Made by a program: the position numbers and the translations under genes. This document shows positions 52,151-64,000 of a stretch of DNA of 64,000 nt, one piece after another. The notes under the pieces were generated by a model. It was not told the DNA's origin. It saw only the letters and a list, made by a program, of their open reading frames with translations, and made no database searches. Every line of letters begins with the position of its first letter. Position 1 is the first letter of the stretch. The stretch is taken from contig CDPCPM010000050.1 in NCBI GenBank assembly GCA_976551045.1, positions 10,230,001 to 10,294,000 of the forward strand. The letters are read 5' to 3'. The stretch comes from Glaucostegus cemiculus. Taxonomy: Eukaryota.

Positions 52151-55100
52151 ACTTCCTGCATTCCTGCTGCAGGAAGAATGACTTTTTAATGAAGAATCTC
52201 TTCAATGGAAAGGGTGTGGCTGTGTGGGATATAGGAAGATGTGAAGCAATTTATTTTCTTTGAATTAATTAAGTTTAATTAAAAATTAATTCAAACACTT
52301 AAGTAATTTTTGTGTATTTTAAATATCTAATTTAAATAGATAAAGTTTTAATATTGTTGAATGCCTGAGACTTTTGAAACATTCATTGTTTTTAAAAAGT
52401 TTTGACAGGCAGCTAACCAGGTGGGATGAGTTTATAGTTGCGACATTTTCCACTATTTTTGTGGGAAGAGTTTGTTGTGACTCCACTATATGAAGGGGTT
52501 AACATTTTCAAGGCACTGTTCTGCACAGCAATTCAAAAAAGAGGTCTGAGGTACTTTCTGCAATTGGTTCTTGCCAGCTGAATTCACTCAGGGTAAGTGT
52601 GGAGATAGCTGGTGGCAAGTGTGGGCAGCCAAGAAATGCTTATACATTTCACTGAGGCCTTGAATGCTCATCGGAAGGATAGAAAAAGTTCCATAACATA
52701 ATTGATACATTTCTGACTTTTGTGACCAATGCACCTTCAAGCAATAACAACTCACCGTAGCAAGTTCTTTATTCAGCACGTTTGTTGTACATACGAATTT
52801 GCAATGCGGAAGTTGACTTTGTAATGAATCACATAAAAATGACTGAAGGTGAAATAAGAATGATAATAGGCAGGAAAAGAGGGTCATCCATCTAGCCTGT
52901 CCCAAACAATGTCACCACATCTCTGTGTTCCACCCCACTAACACCCAAATGGAGACTCAGAAGAATGTAAACTTAGGCTCACTGGAAAGAGAGAAAATTT
53001 ACATTTTCTGTTTTCCCCATGATAAAAGAAATGTTTGGTTCTCTTAATTCTCAGTTACATCTATTTTTTGGAAGTGGTGATTTTTGCTCTCACCAAAACT
53101 GCTAAAGGACTTCTTTAAGTGCTATAAAAATCCACATTATTTCGCTTTGATTATGTTATAACTATTATAAAATGTCAAAAAATTGCCTTTTTATTGCTGA
53201 AATATTTGACACTAAAGTAACTCCTAAACAGTAAAAGCAGTTCATCTGATTCAGTTATTTACTTTCTGGTGGTATGGTCAGTTTTTTAACATTGCTATGT
53301 TTCCCTTTTCCCTCATTGCCAGGCTGACCAATTCATCTCAAGCACACGTTACATTTGACTCCCTGACTTGCATTGCTATAGCCTTCATGAACAATACAAA
53401 GTAATCTGTAATCTCCAAATCTGAATTATCAGGCGTGGTCATGCTGCCATAGCATTTTAGTCCCAGTGAGAACGCTCTGATCTATGCCTTGTTTGATAGC
53501 CCACTTCAATCCATGCACCAAATCACACTGCTGACCACACACATCCAGCACTTGTATTGGCCTCTATTGTAAGCCAATAAAAGTCGGCATTTTTGACCCA
53601 TGCACAGCATTGGGCCGCTTTGTATGTCTTCCTATCAGTGGCGGGATGTTGCCAAGCACTTAGCAGAAGCACAGGATGTCTCAATGCATAGCACATTTGG
53701 CAGATAGAAAGTGCTAGAAAAAAAACAACTGCTTTAAGGCACAAAGGAAATGAATCAGTCAGAAGGTTAAAATGTCACGGTTTGAGAAATGTAAAGAACA
53801 ATTAAAATGACCCTTAAAAAGCCACACAGTCCTGCAGGAATGGAAGATAGTGATGCTGAGCAACAATTTCTCATTCCAAATTATATTATCCAAGTGACTG
53901 TACCTCCATGTCACATTGTACAGTAAACCTGGGGCAGCTGCAGTGTATAAACAACCATCTTATTAATACTGGCTGATGTAACACTATTGTAAAACTTTAC
54001 ATTTATAACATTTATATTTGAAATACAAATCAGCTATGTTATCAGCAGTGCTATTAGTAAGACCATTTATATAACAGGTTACGATTGTGTGGGGTGATGG
54101 TCAGTTATCTCACCCAATACAAAAGGCTGGCTGACAGTTAAAGTGACATTAGTGAAATACCAAATCCATTCCATGTTTTAGAATTTCATTCTACACCATC
54201 TTAACACAAAAGGGAGCAGAGTGTCTGTGAAGTTGCTCCAGCGACCACAACTTGGTCTGATGATTGAAAATGCCTTTGCTGGAATATTTAAAACTTTGTA
54301 GCTCCTCACCTCTTAAAACAAAGGCTTCCCCTGTGCTAACAACTTCAGCTTTCTCAGCTGCTGATTGCATCATACCCCTCGAAGAACCTTCTTCAAGGTC
54401 TTGACTTACTGGCAGATGAAGGACGGCATAAGGTCATATATCATCTCATCATTTTCTGCAGCTTCTCTGCTATTTTGACCATGATTTTGGTCAGTATCAT
54501 GTCAATATGAACCAGCTGGTAAAATTGGCTTTGCCTCTCCTACATCTGCTCCTGTCTGAACCATCTGTCCACTAGGCTCTGTGCAGCCCAGGATGCCACC
54601 ATGGTCCCTGCAAGGAACTCGGTTTTATACACTTAAGAACTTTTAAACAGTTGTATGTTCTGCTTGTTCTAAAGTGCACTGTCTTCATAAGGGACAAAAC
54701 AATGTTTGGTGAAAGAGAGAGAAAGGTGAAAGTTAGAGATTCATACATATTCATTATTTTTATAGGATTACATATTTCTTATAAATGGAAGAAGGCCTTT
54801 CGGCTGATGCCAGATCTCTGAGCAGTTCTATTCATCCCATTTCCTTTCTTGTTTCCCAGTAATGTTACCGGATCCGGATAACAAGGGAACTGAGGAATAT
54901 GGGGATAATGCAGAAAAATGGCATCAAGGTAGAGAATCATGATCATGATGAATGGCAGAACTGATTCAAAGGGCTGAAGGCCGACTCGTGCTCCTTTAGA
55001 ACTTTATTTATACAGCACGGTAACAGGCCCTTCTGGCCCAACAAGCCCGCACTGCCTAATTATACCTGTGTTCCTTAAATTCTTCTGACACACAAGGAAG

Positions 55101-55540
55101 ATGATTTATATCCATGCATTGATCATTTGCCATTTTTTTTTAGCAGTAAACCTTTTTCCTGACGTCACAACCTTTCTAAAACTACCTGTTGAATTATCTT
55201 GTTTTATCCCTCATTTTGATTTCTATTTTCTCAGCACTTGTTTCTCCCATTTTCCAATCCTTTCCTCACAGCTCTTTAACCCTTCCCTAGGTTTACATCC
55301 CTGCGCCGTTCAGGTATCCTCACACCTTATCCATGATTTTATTTCCTATATGGGGAAAGACAAGCCATGACAAGCAATTGAATATACATCACATATACAC
55401 AGCTGAAGCCACAGTCGAGAACATCAAAAAGTACAGAGAGAGCTGGAAAACACCGAAACAAGGGATAAGGAAGGAAATCAAATCAAAGGGGAACACAAAA
55501 TTTAAAGGTTGAAGGGATAAAAATAGACCTATCTTAATAC

Positions 55541-55756
55541 ATAAGTGACATATTCCCGAGTTTTTAAGAAGTCCAATAATTTCCGGAACTTCCTTATCAA
55601 AGTGAGACACAAGGCTGATGAGCTCATTGACACTACTGATGGTATCACAGGTGAATCTGGGAGTCTCTGACATGCAGATCCGAGTTCATGCTGCTGCCGA
55701 CTAACCATGCTATAGTCTGGGTGAACCTTCCATGACTTTCCCTCGTGCTCAAGCAC
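55541..55756 (-). CDS. Candidate 216-nt phase 0-0 exon, minus strand, unidentified
   Basis: Acceptor aattttag|GTG, weak donor TAT|gtatta, stop-free VLEHEGKSW...RKLLDFLKTREYVTY. Confidence 0.25.
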
Positions 55757-56374
55757 CTAAAATTTGGTTGCTGCCAGAAAAAGTAAATGCACTTTGGGTT
55801 GTAATCCATCTTTTTCTAACTAGAGTAATTTACCCCAATTGCCAAAAGTTTTACCCAGTTAACATCCACAAAACCCTGACAAATTCTCTGTTTTAGGTTG
55901 CAGCAGTCTTTGACTGGAAATTAATGTTACTTAGTAAAACAGATTCTACATTTTATTAGATATATCACGAAACACTGTTATATTGTGCATGGCAATCAGA
56001 GCACAGAAGGCCCTTGAATTTGCATGGATCAACAGACCATATTTGTATTGCAGACAGGAAGCTGTGAGTTGCATTTGAAATATCACTTTTAAGTTACCAA
56101 TATAAAGAAGAGTCAAGCAAATCACATTCTTCCATTAGTGCCGACATGATGGAATATTGTCTGGAGTTGAATGATACATAATTATTGCTGATCCTTAGTT
56201 CCCTTGAGGATATTACATGTCATCTACACGAATGCAGTTGACTTACTGGTTGACCAGATCAAGTGAGGGTGGGCTTTGAAGAACCTGAATGAAGGAGGTG
56301 GTTGGGGGGGGGGGTTGGTGGTGGTGGGGGGTGGTTTATGACAACTTTAAATGGTGTCAGCTGCCAGATTCATT

Positions 56375-56495
56375 GAGCAACAAACAATCTGCTGGAGGAA
56401 CTCAGCTGGGCCGGCAGCTCCTGTGGAAGGAAAGGAATTGTCAACGTTTTGGGTCGAAAATCTGCATCAGCATCTGCAGTCTCCTGTGTTGCCAG
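56375..56495 (-). mobile_element. Penelope-like terminus fragment
   Basis: caaacaatctgctggaggaactcagc...gtcaacgttttgggtcgaaaatctgcatcag. Confidence 0.65.
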
Positions 56496-56527
56496 GTTTA
56501 TTGAAAGAAGTTTCATAGGTTTCCATA

Positions 56528-56960
56528 GGCAACACGGTGGTGCAATGAGTAGAGCTGCTGCCTCAGTTCTAGTGACTTGGATTCAATACTGACCCCTGTC
56601 TGTGTGGGGTTTGTATGTTCTCTCTTTGACCATTTGGGTTCCAATCCCGCCCCCACCCCCACAGTGCTCCAGTTTCCTCCCACTTCTCAAAGACATACAG
56701 GCTCGTAAGTTAATTGACCACTTTAAGTTGCTCCTAACGTGTAAATGAGAGATAGAATCTGGGGAGAATTAAACAGGATTCATGTAGGATCAGTGTAAAA
56801 TAGATAACTGATGGTCAGTGTGGACCCAGTTGTCGAGGGACCTGTTTCAGTGCTGTATGGCTGCATGATTCTCTGACTCAAAGATTAGTAGGGGAATGGG
56901 ACTGCTCTGTGAGCTGGCATGGACTTAATGGGCCGAGGTGGCTGCCTGCTATGTCATAAG
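56528..56960 (+). mobile_element. V-SINE with duplicated tail segments
   Basis: ggcaacacggtggtgcaatgagtagagctgctgcctca...tttcctcccacttctcaaagac. Confidence 0.8.
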
Positions 56961-59239
56961 AAAATATGGAAATGTTAGAATCTGTAGTCACCTCACAACT
57001 GCAAGCCAATGGCAGCTGATTTAGAATGCCTTGGAATAGTTGACTCCAGAGTGGACAAAGTCATAAGTGAGGCTTTCAACAGTGGATGAGCCGAGACAAA
57101 GGATAATGATAGATTCCCAGATTTCTAAATTAAGCCACTGAATGGTCCAACTGAGGTGAATGCAGGAAAATCAGGTGAACAGAAATGTTTTCATCCTTCG
57201 TCATTTTTTTCCTACTCCTTGTATATCCAGAGTTAATGAAATCTACCTTAAGATACCAAGGAGGACAAAGTAAGGTGGTTGCATACACTCAGTGGTATCA
57301 TGTGAGCTGCCTGTTATTCACCCTGCTCGTATTTAAGAACCATTGTGGACAATGAACGTAATATCAAGCAATCTGCATTACAGGGGTCCAATGCGAGACT
57401 ACTCATTTTACACTGTAGCCAAAGAGCAGCCTCTGCCCAATATTTTAAGTTTGCATAAATGGATGCTTTAAAAAAGATTACATGAATGATGTTGGCTCTG
57501 TGTTCTCAACCAGCAGATATTTAAAATATATCTATTTCATTTTTGTCTGAATAAAACAATCTGTGATGTACTTTTCACTTATCTTTTGGTACTACATGTA
57601 CTTTCTGATATCCCAGTTTAAAGATTAACTGCTGTTTTTATCAGGGGAGCAATGGGCCGAATCCAGAGGAGTAACCGCAGCTGGCTCACGTCAAAAAGTC
57701 ACACTTTGACTTCACATCTGCCCAACAAGTTTAGTTTAGAGTACTCCCTAACGTTTGTTAACTATTAGTGGGTTTCCTTAGTTTCCGGCACCTAAGCTGG
57801 GAGCTAACAAAGCTCAAGTCCTGAAAAAGAAGAGGACTTTGCTGGTATCTGAATGAGTTGAAAGCTCGGCTCTCTCAAAGCAATCTCTCACAGGAAGCAA
57901 TGGATTTTTAAATCAGCATTCCAGCCTGTCCATAGCTACAATGATGAGATGTCAGACCTTTTTGTTATGCCTCCAGTGAATGGCAATATATTCAATGTCA
58001 CTTTGGACTCTTACTTGGTCCTTAAAAGTGAAAAAGCAAGATAATTAGAGGGAGGAATGCCCGGTGTCGGATCATTATAGTGGTTGTGATCGTTCAAACT
58101 GGCTAGACTTCATTACACTAGAAACAAGTCCCTTTTTAATCCATCCACTTTAGTCACTTTGAAAGAAGCTGGACAAAAAGTTATTGGATTCATTTTCACT
58201 TCGGCACTGTGCAGGCTGTCGGTTTAACATTCTGGTTGTATAGACTCTGACATAAGTAGGGACACAACACAAAAAAATCAGGAGGTGACTTCAAGCAGGA
58301 TAATTAAATGCTTTCACGGTAGATCTTACCCATAGTTGCATTGTATTGGAGAGTTAGGTCTCTCACATGAGATTGCTGTAGTCGACAGATTATTTTCAGA
58401 GGTGCCTGAAAGCTGCATCTTTTCAGGAAAAAATGGGGATGTTTGATGACAAGGGGAGAAGGAGCAGAGGCCGAAAGCAGAAGCTGCAGAATGGAGACTA
58501 AAATCTATTTAATGAAGACTAATGTGGCTTGGAGAAAGCACACTGTGCCAGCACCAAGGTTGCTTGCAGCAGATCTGAGAAAATTGTCAAGATGTCTCAG
58601 ACACCAATGAATCGCCCTTTTCTTCTCCTTTCTCAGAGTATTTCCCCCCTAGAGATACAGTTGCCTGAACATTCTAGAGGAACTGCTCGAGACAGTAATG
58701 CCAAACGACTTATCATCAGCTTGTTTCCTTTATCGGAGCAGACTACTTCATCTCCAATTACTTACCCAGCCTTTATCAATTCCTAATTTTTTTCCCTATT
58801 TGACTGTGAGTCAGGGACCAAAACATTTAGAATCAGATTGTTTTTATGCGAGTTTAATGGGCAGATCGCTAAAATGAAAAGTTAGATTTTTTTTATGACT
58901 GTTTTTGAACAGGGACTGCATTTAACATTTGCCTAATTCTGTGCAGAATTATTTATATGGGCTTCAGTCTCAATCAGTGATATGAAATGATATTTTTCTC
59001 TTTGTTAACAGAAAAGTAGAAACTGCTACTGAGGCCCTGCTCACTTTGTACAACCCGTCCTTGCTCATCTGGGCGTGATAGTGAGTGGTGCAGCCACTGC
59101 TAGACTGTGCTATCATCAGTCAACACAAGGCATAATCCAAGTGGAATGAATCATATTCTACCAGGTCTTTTTTGCTTGATGATTGAAAATCTGCCTCATG
59201 GTACTCTCTAGTTACCATGTTAGGAGAGAGCTGATGAAA

Positions 59240-59590
59240 CTCCCAAAACGAACGGGTTCAAGTGAAAGCAGACTTGGAATATGAACCCCCTTTGCCTTCT
59301 GACTCCATTTACTTGAGCCATGAGTGCCAATAATAAACTGCCTCCATACTGAATTGATAGAACTCCCTCAAGCATTAAGCTTGACACTTGAGGTGCGAAA
59401 CATGTATTCTGCATCAACTGTTCTGTCCTAGTTCCTTGTAATCAACAGCAATTTATCGATGAGGAAACTTTGAAGCAAATACTTTATAATCATTGATCCA
59501 TCCATCGAGATGTTCACTTATGCAAGGCACAGTGACCACTGTACTGCTTGCTTGTAGTGAAACACAATGTGTGCATTGAGTACTCAGAGT
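59240..59590 (+). mobile_element. Decayed PIF/Harbinger transposase relic
   Basis: ADLEY/PLCLLTPF (cf. GDSGYPLxxWLLTPF), TLKQ, VTTVLLACS/HNVCIE (cf. IVxACCVLHNxC). Confidence 0.45.
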
Positions 59591-62500
59591 ATGCATTGTA
59601 GGGAAAAGAACATTTATGTGGGAAGGATCTTAAGGTTGCATGCTTATCTCTTAGTTCAGGTGATGCCTGTCACAACATGCAACATTGAATGAAACCCCAG
59701 TGATCCCACTGCCATTGCCACATTCCTGCTTGTTCATTATTCTCCTTAATTCTGAATTACAATCATTGAGGTTTTTCATAACAGCCACTCAACATGGTTA
59801 TTTGTAACTCCTCTCTTCTGATTTCGTCGAGCTTTTCAGTAATTGGGTTAACTCCTCTGACTACAGAGCAGAGAAAAATTCAGATGATTTTTCTTTTTAA
59901 TCATTGGTACAGTAGTGCTTTGTGGCATTGTTTCAGGGAGTATATCCTTTCTGGTTATCAGCCAAGGAGCATTACACATTTTGTATTTACATGTACATAT
60001 CGAGAATTTTGAAAGCAAGCCATTATAGATACTAAATATGATGTTGCAATCTTCTAGAATTTCCCCACATAAATCACATGCCTATTGTATTTATGTTTCT
60101 TGGAAAGGAAATACTCAATTAATTTCAACATTGTTGTATTTGCACGCAACATAAAGTGACAATTTTAAACAAGTTAAACATCATAAAAATTTGTAAACTA
60201 CATTTTAGCATGAAGCTGTGGGTCATTTGCCAATCCAGTAAAATGAACAACTCCCAAATGTTTGTGAATAGATATCAAAGACATCATCAAGATTCATTCT
60301 CAAATTAAGAGACTCTGTTAGAATCAGTTGTAAGATGGTTGTAAGCTCAAGCTGTAAACTCCATTTTTCAGTAGATAATTGATTGGTTGCAAAACAGAAT
60401 GTTCAGATGGCAAGCAATAGCAATTGACTTGAGATCTCTTAGAAAGAGTCCCTAGAGGGTGAAAGTGTTCTTTTAATTTCTGCATTCTCATATGAAAGAA
60501 TCCTTAAGAAGATATAATAGAAGTATTTGTATTTATGTAGGCTTTTCTCATCCTTTTTGAATTCAGATCTGCATTGGAAGCATCTAATTAACTTAAGGTT
60601 ACATTCTTCTGTTGTAAAGGTAAATAATTGTGACCAGGGTAAACACTACAAGCCCCCTGTGGCAGCAAATGAAATAAATAATCCATGTTTGGTCCTGGTG
60701 AATAAAGTGAGTCAAGTTGATCAGGAATTCCTCCTTACTGTTCTTCAAATAATGCCAATATTTGACCATTTGTATCCACCTGATAAGACGTGGGAGTCTG
60801 AATGTATGCCCAAATGGAAAATGGCATGTCAAAAGCCTTCGATTTTCCAATTTTGCCATCAGATTATCTGCAAAATCCATAGTCAATTTTAGAGCCACAA
60901 TCTTTTGATTCCAAATTAAGTGCTTGACAAACTAAACTGGGCTAATATGTAGCTCCATGTTCCTGAGCACAAATTTTACAGCTGAAGGAAAAAGATGGCA
61001 TCCTACGTCAAGGTCCTGAAGAAGTTTGTCCAGGGCCACTGGTACAAAACGATTCACTGGGTATTGGTTCCCTGCTGATTTGGTGCCATGGAAGTCAACA
61101 CTCCATGGAACTATGCGGCAAAGTCAGACTTCTCCCCTTGGCTCAGAAACTACATGACCACGAACAAGCAGAAAACCCTAATTCTTCTAAGATGACAGGG
61201 AATAAATAGGGGACAGACACTGGACCACAATGGGATTCTACCCCACTTGCTGTGATACTTCAGGGTGTAAATCCTCGTCTGACCGCCACATCACTCATCC
61301 ATTCTCATGTATCTCACTCACTCTGCCTATCGTAGGATCAGTGGTATTATTCCAGCTGACAGATGATTAAGAATTATGTTGAGCTCTTTAAAGCTCCCAA
61401 ACTCACTGGATTTTGATAAGTCCTGTTCGTGTGACAGGAGAGGTATGGTCATTGGTTGCTCCATGTTTTGTCCTGAGTATCTGGCACTTCAAGAATTGAT
61501 TTTGTTACCAGGTTATGAGGCAGGATCTCTGTATTTGGATAAAGGTAGTTACAATTGAGATCCTGGAGGTGATCGTCCTGTTAACTTCTGGGTTTGCTTG
61601 ATTGACTTCAACAGACACAAGGCTTATTATACTCTACTGAAAAAGCGAGTGTACATGAGAATTAATCCTACTCTATCCTACCAAATGCTATAGTGCCTCA
61701 TGGTATCCGCAGGCTACCTCGTATATCCCACTGATGCAGCTATCCCAGTGACTCCCTGCTGTAAAGATCATTTCACCTATTGCAGATGTTTTTAACTTTA
61801 ATTTTTTGATTCCTTCCAAAACTGAGGCATACATTATTGTATCACTAATGCCTACAGACAGTCAGGCACCACAACATGGGAGATAGTGTAACATACATAT
61901 GTAAAAGATCATATGGTCTCTGTCTTAAAAGATTATGGTTCCTGAGGAGATTTTTTCAACATTCTGTAATCTAAGATTAGAATTACAGTCAGCTTTCATT
62001 GTGTGCGATATAAAACAGTACACGCTGTAGCAAAGAAGAGTAGCATTTGGATATTCTGCTGTACTGAAGGCAAACAGAGCCCTTAAAAGGAGAAAGAAAC
62101 TTTGGGTAAGTTTGGTAGGTGCTTAGAATTTACTCACGGAGATGTTACATATATTAGTTATCACACTTCTTTTCTAGGAAAATCTTAAGATAATTTTTTT
62201 TAAAGACTCCAAAAATAATATAAGAATCTCAATATGCTAAGTTTGAAGGAAGAAACTTAAACATAATGAAGTAAAGGGATCCCTTTAGAGTTTCTTCCCT
62301 TCCAGTGATTGTGTCCGTTTATACAATCTTCTTTCAGACTGCTCATAAGCTGCTTCTCTTTGTCCCCTCCCCTCCCCCTCCCCCCCACACCACTGCTCCC
62401 CCCCAAGTACCCCTCTTCACTGTGACTTTGGACTCAGCAGAGACAGTTGGGAAAAGTTTCACTGTCATTCTGGAGACAAGCTGAACACAGCGGAAGAATT

Positions 62501-62884
62501 ACTGGAAAGTAGCCCACAGGGAACCACCATAACTAACTGGTTTGTCATGTCCCTGCTTTGCTGCTTTGTGAAATAGATGCTCCAAAACATTCTGACTGAA
62601 ATTTTAAGGAAAAATTAAAAGAATAATTTTGTGGGATAACTGGAATATCACTCTGGGATGAACACCAGAGAGGATGAAGCCCCCAATCCTTAGAAACAAA
62701 CTTATGATTTTGCCTTCATCTAGCTCACAAATGATATTTTTGTCCATATGGTCAATTATTACAGTTGAATTTGTTTTGAAAAATTGCTTAAAGGAATAGG
62801 AAACTAACTAAAGACTTATATTTTGCATGAGTAATTTGACTCCATGCCAGTTAGGACACCTACAGTCAGTTGGAGCTGTGACAC

Positions 62885-62912
62885 TGTGTGTGTGTGTGTG
62901 TGTGTGTGTGTG
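62885..62912 (+). repeat. (TG)14 microsatellite
   Basis: Direct read. Confidence 0.95.
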
Positions 62913-64000
62913 ATCATACTCAAAGAGCAATGAGGCTGTGTAGGTCTAATGAATGAGACTGTAGTCAAGCTTTTCTACTGCCAGGACACAGTTGTAGCAT
63001 TAAATGCTGTACATGAAGGTATAGCATGAGCATTGTTAATTATGGGGAGTGACTTGAAAGTGATGTATATGGAAGTAAGGGTCAATTGTTACCCCTTCTT
63101 TATGGAAAGTGATGGTGAAGTGCCCATGATATGCCCATGACTTTTCAATTTCTCGAAATAAATGGTTTGAAAGTCAATCAGGCATCTGTAATGGCCAGGC
63201 GACCTGCCCTGTTATATTATCACCTGTCTGAAGAAGACCAAAGTGTTTCTGAAGTTATCGTTTTGGCAGGTCCACCTCAATCTATAACTCGCTGATCTTA
63301 ACTCTGCAGCTTTTCACATCAGTCTTGACCAAGTTTACATTCAGAGCCCCAAGTTGCTCACATTCCTTTCATCTCACATTGACCCTTGTTCCTTTAAGCT
63401 CATTCTCAGAAAAAAAAAGATTATAACGCATATTGTGATTTTTGTTTACATAGATTAAAAGGAATTTATGTTACATTATTGATAAAAGGAATTTACAATA
63501 TTGATTGGAATAATTCAGTGAAGCATCAGATACAAGATCAAACTGTTTATTTTTGAATTTCACATTCATGTTGAGAATGAGGGATCACAGAGTACAGCTC
63601 AGAGCAATTATTTTGAAATTGCTTTTTGGTCATTTTCCTGCGTAAAGGCAGAAGTCTCCAGGTCAAGGAGAGAATTTATCAGCCAAGACAGAACTTTGAT
63701 TGGCAACTGAAGGAATCAATCCTCAAATGAATGGCTGATCAGATGTTGCATCTTCCTTATCTTGAACCTTCCTCAACTGCAATGAGGAGAATGGAACAGT
63801 GATTAAGACATCACATTCTTTGGCCATTGAAGGATGTTCTAAAACTTCAGGCTGAAATATCAGTACGTACACTCAGTAAGAGGAAAGATTCGCCAAGGGA
63901 CTGCAAACTCAAAGTGTGTTTACCCCATCACTGACAAGTTCTTAGACCAAGATTTTGCATCGAGAATAATGTTACATTCAGCTGTGAGGGAATTTTAACA

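Overview
Eukaryotic, AT-rich, repeat-dense, mostly intronic/intergenic DNA. The repeat families (HE1-like V-SINEs, CR1/HER1, Rex1/Babar, L2, Deu-domain SINEs, Penelope-derived elements, Harbinger relics) point to a cartilaginous fish, probably a ray or shark. No intact long ORF is present, and nearly all listed ORFs are spurious or repeat-derived. Main results: (1) a ~3.6 kb, essentially intronless, heavily disabled pseudogene of the WDR64/WDR49/EFCAB8 EF-hand+WD40 family at ~18.0-21.6 kb; (2) Penelope-derived elements carrying minimal type I hammerhead ribozyme motifs, one with an intact core and stems at 4085-4122; (3) a 34-bp (2x17) minisatellite that arose inside a CR1 3' tail; (4) three decayed Harbinger transposase fragments; (5) a perfect 19-bp hairpin, local duplications, nested insertions and a few candidate exons of unidentified genes. 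All homology calls come from manual translation and recalled family motifs, not database searches. Repeat boundaries are approximate.
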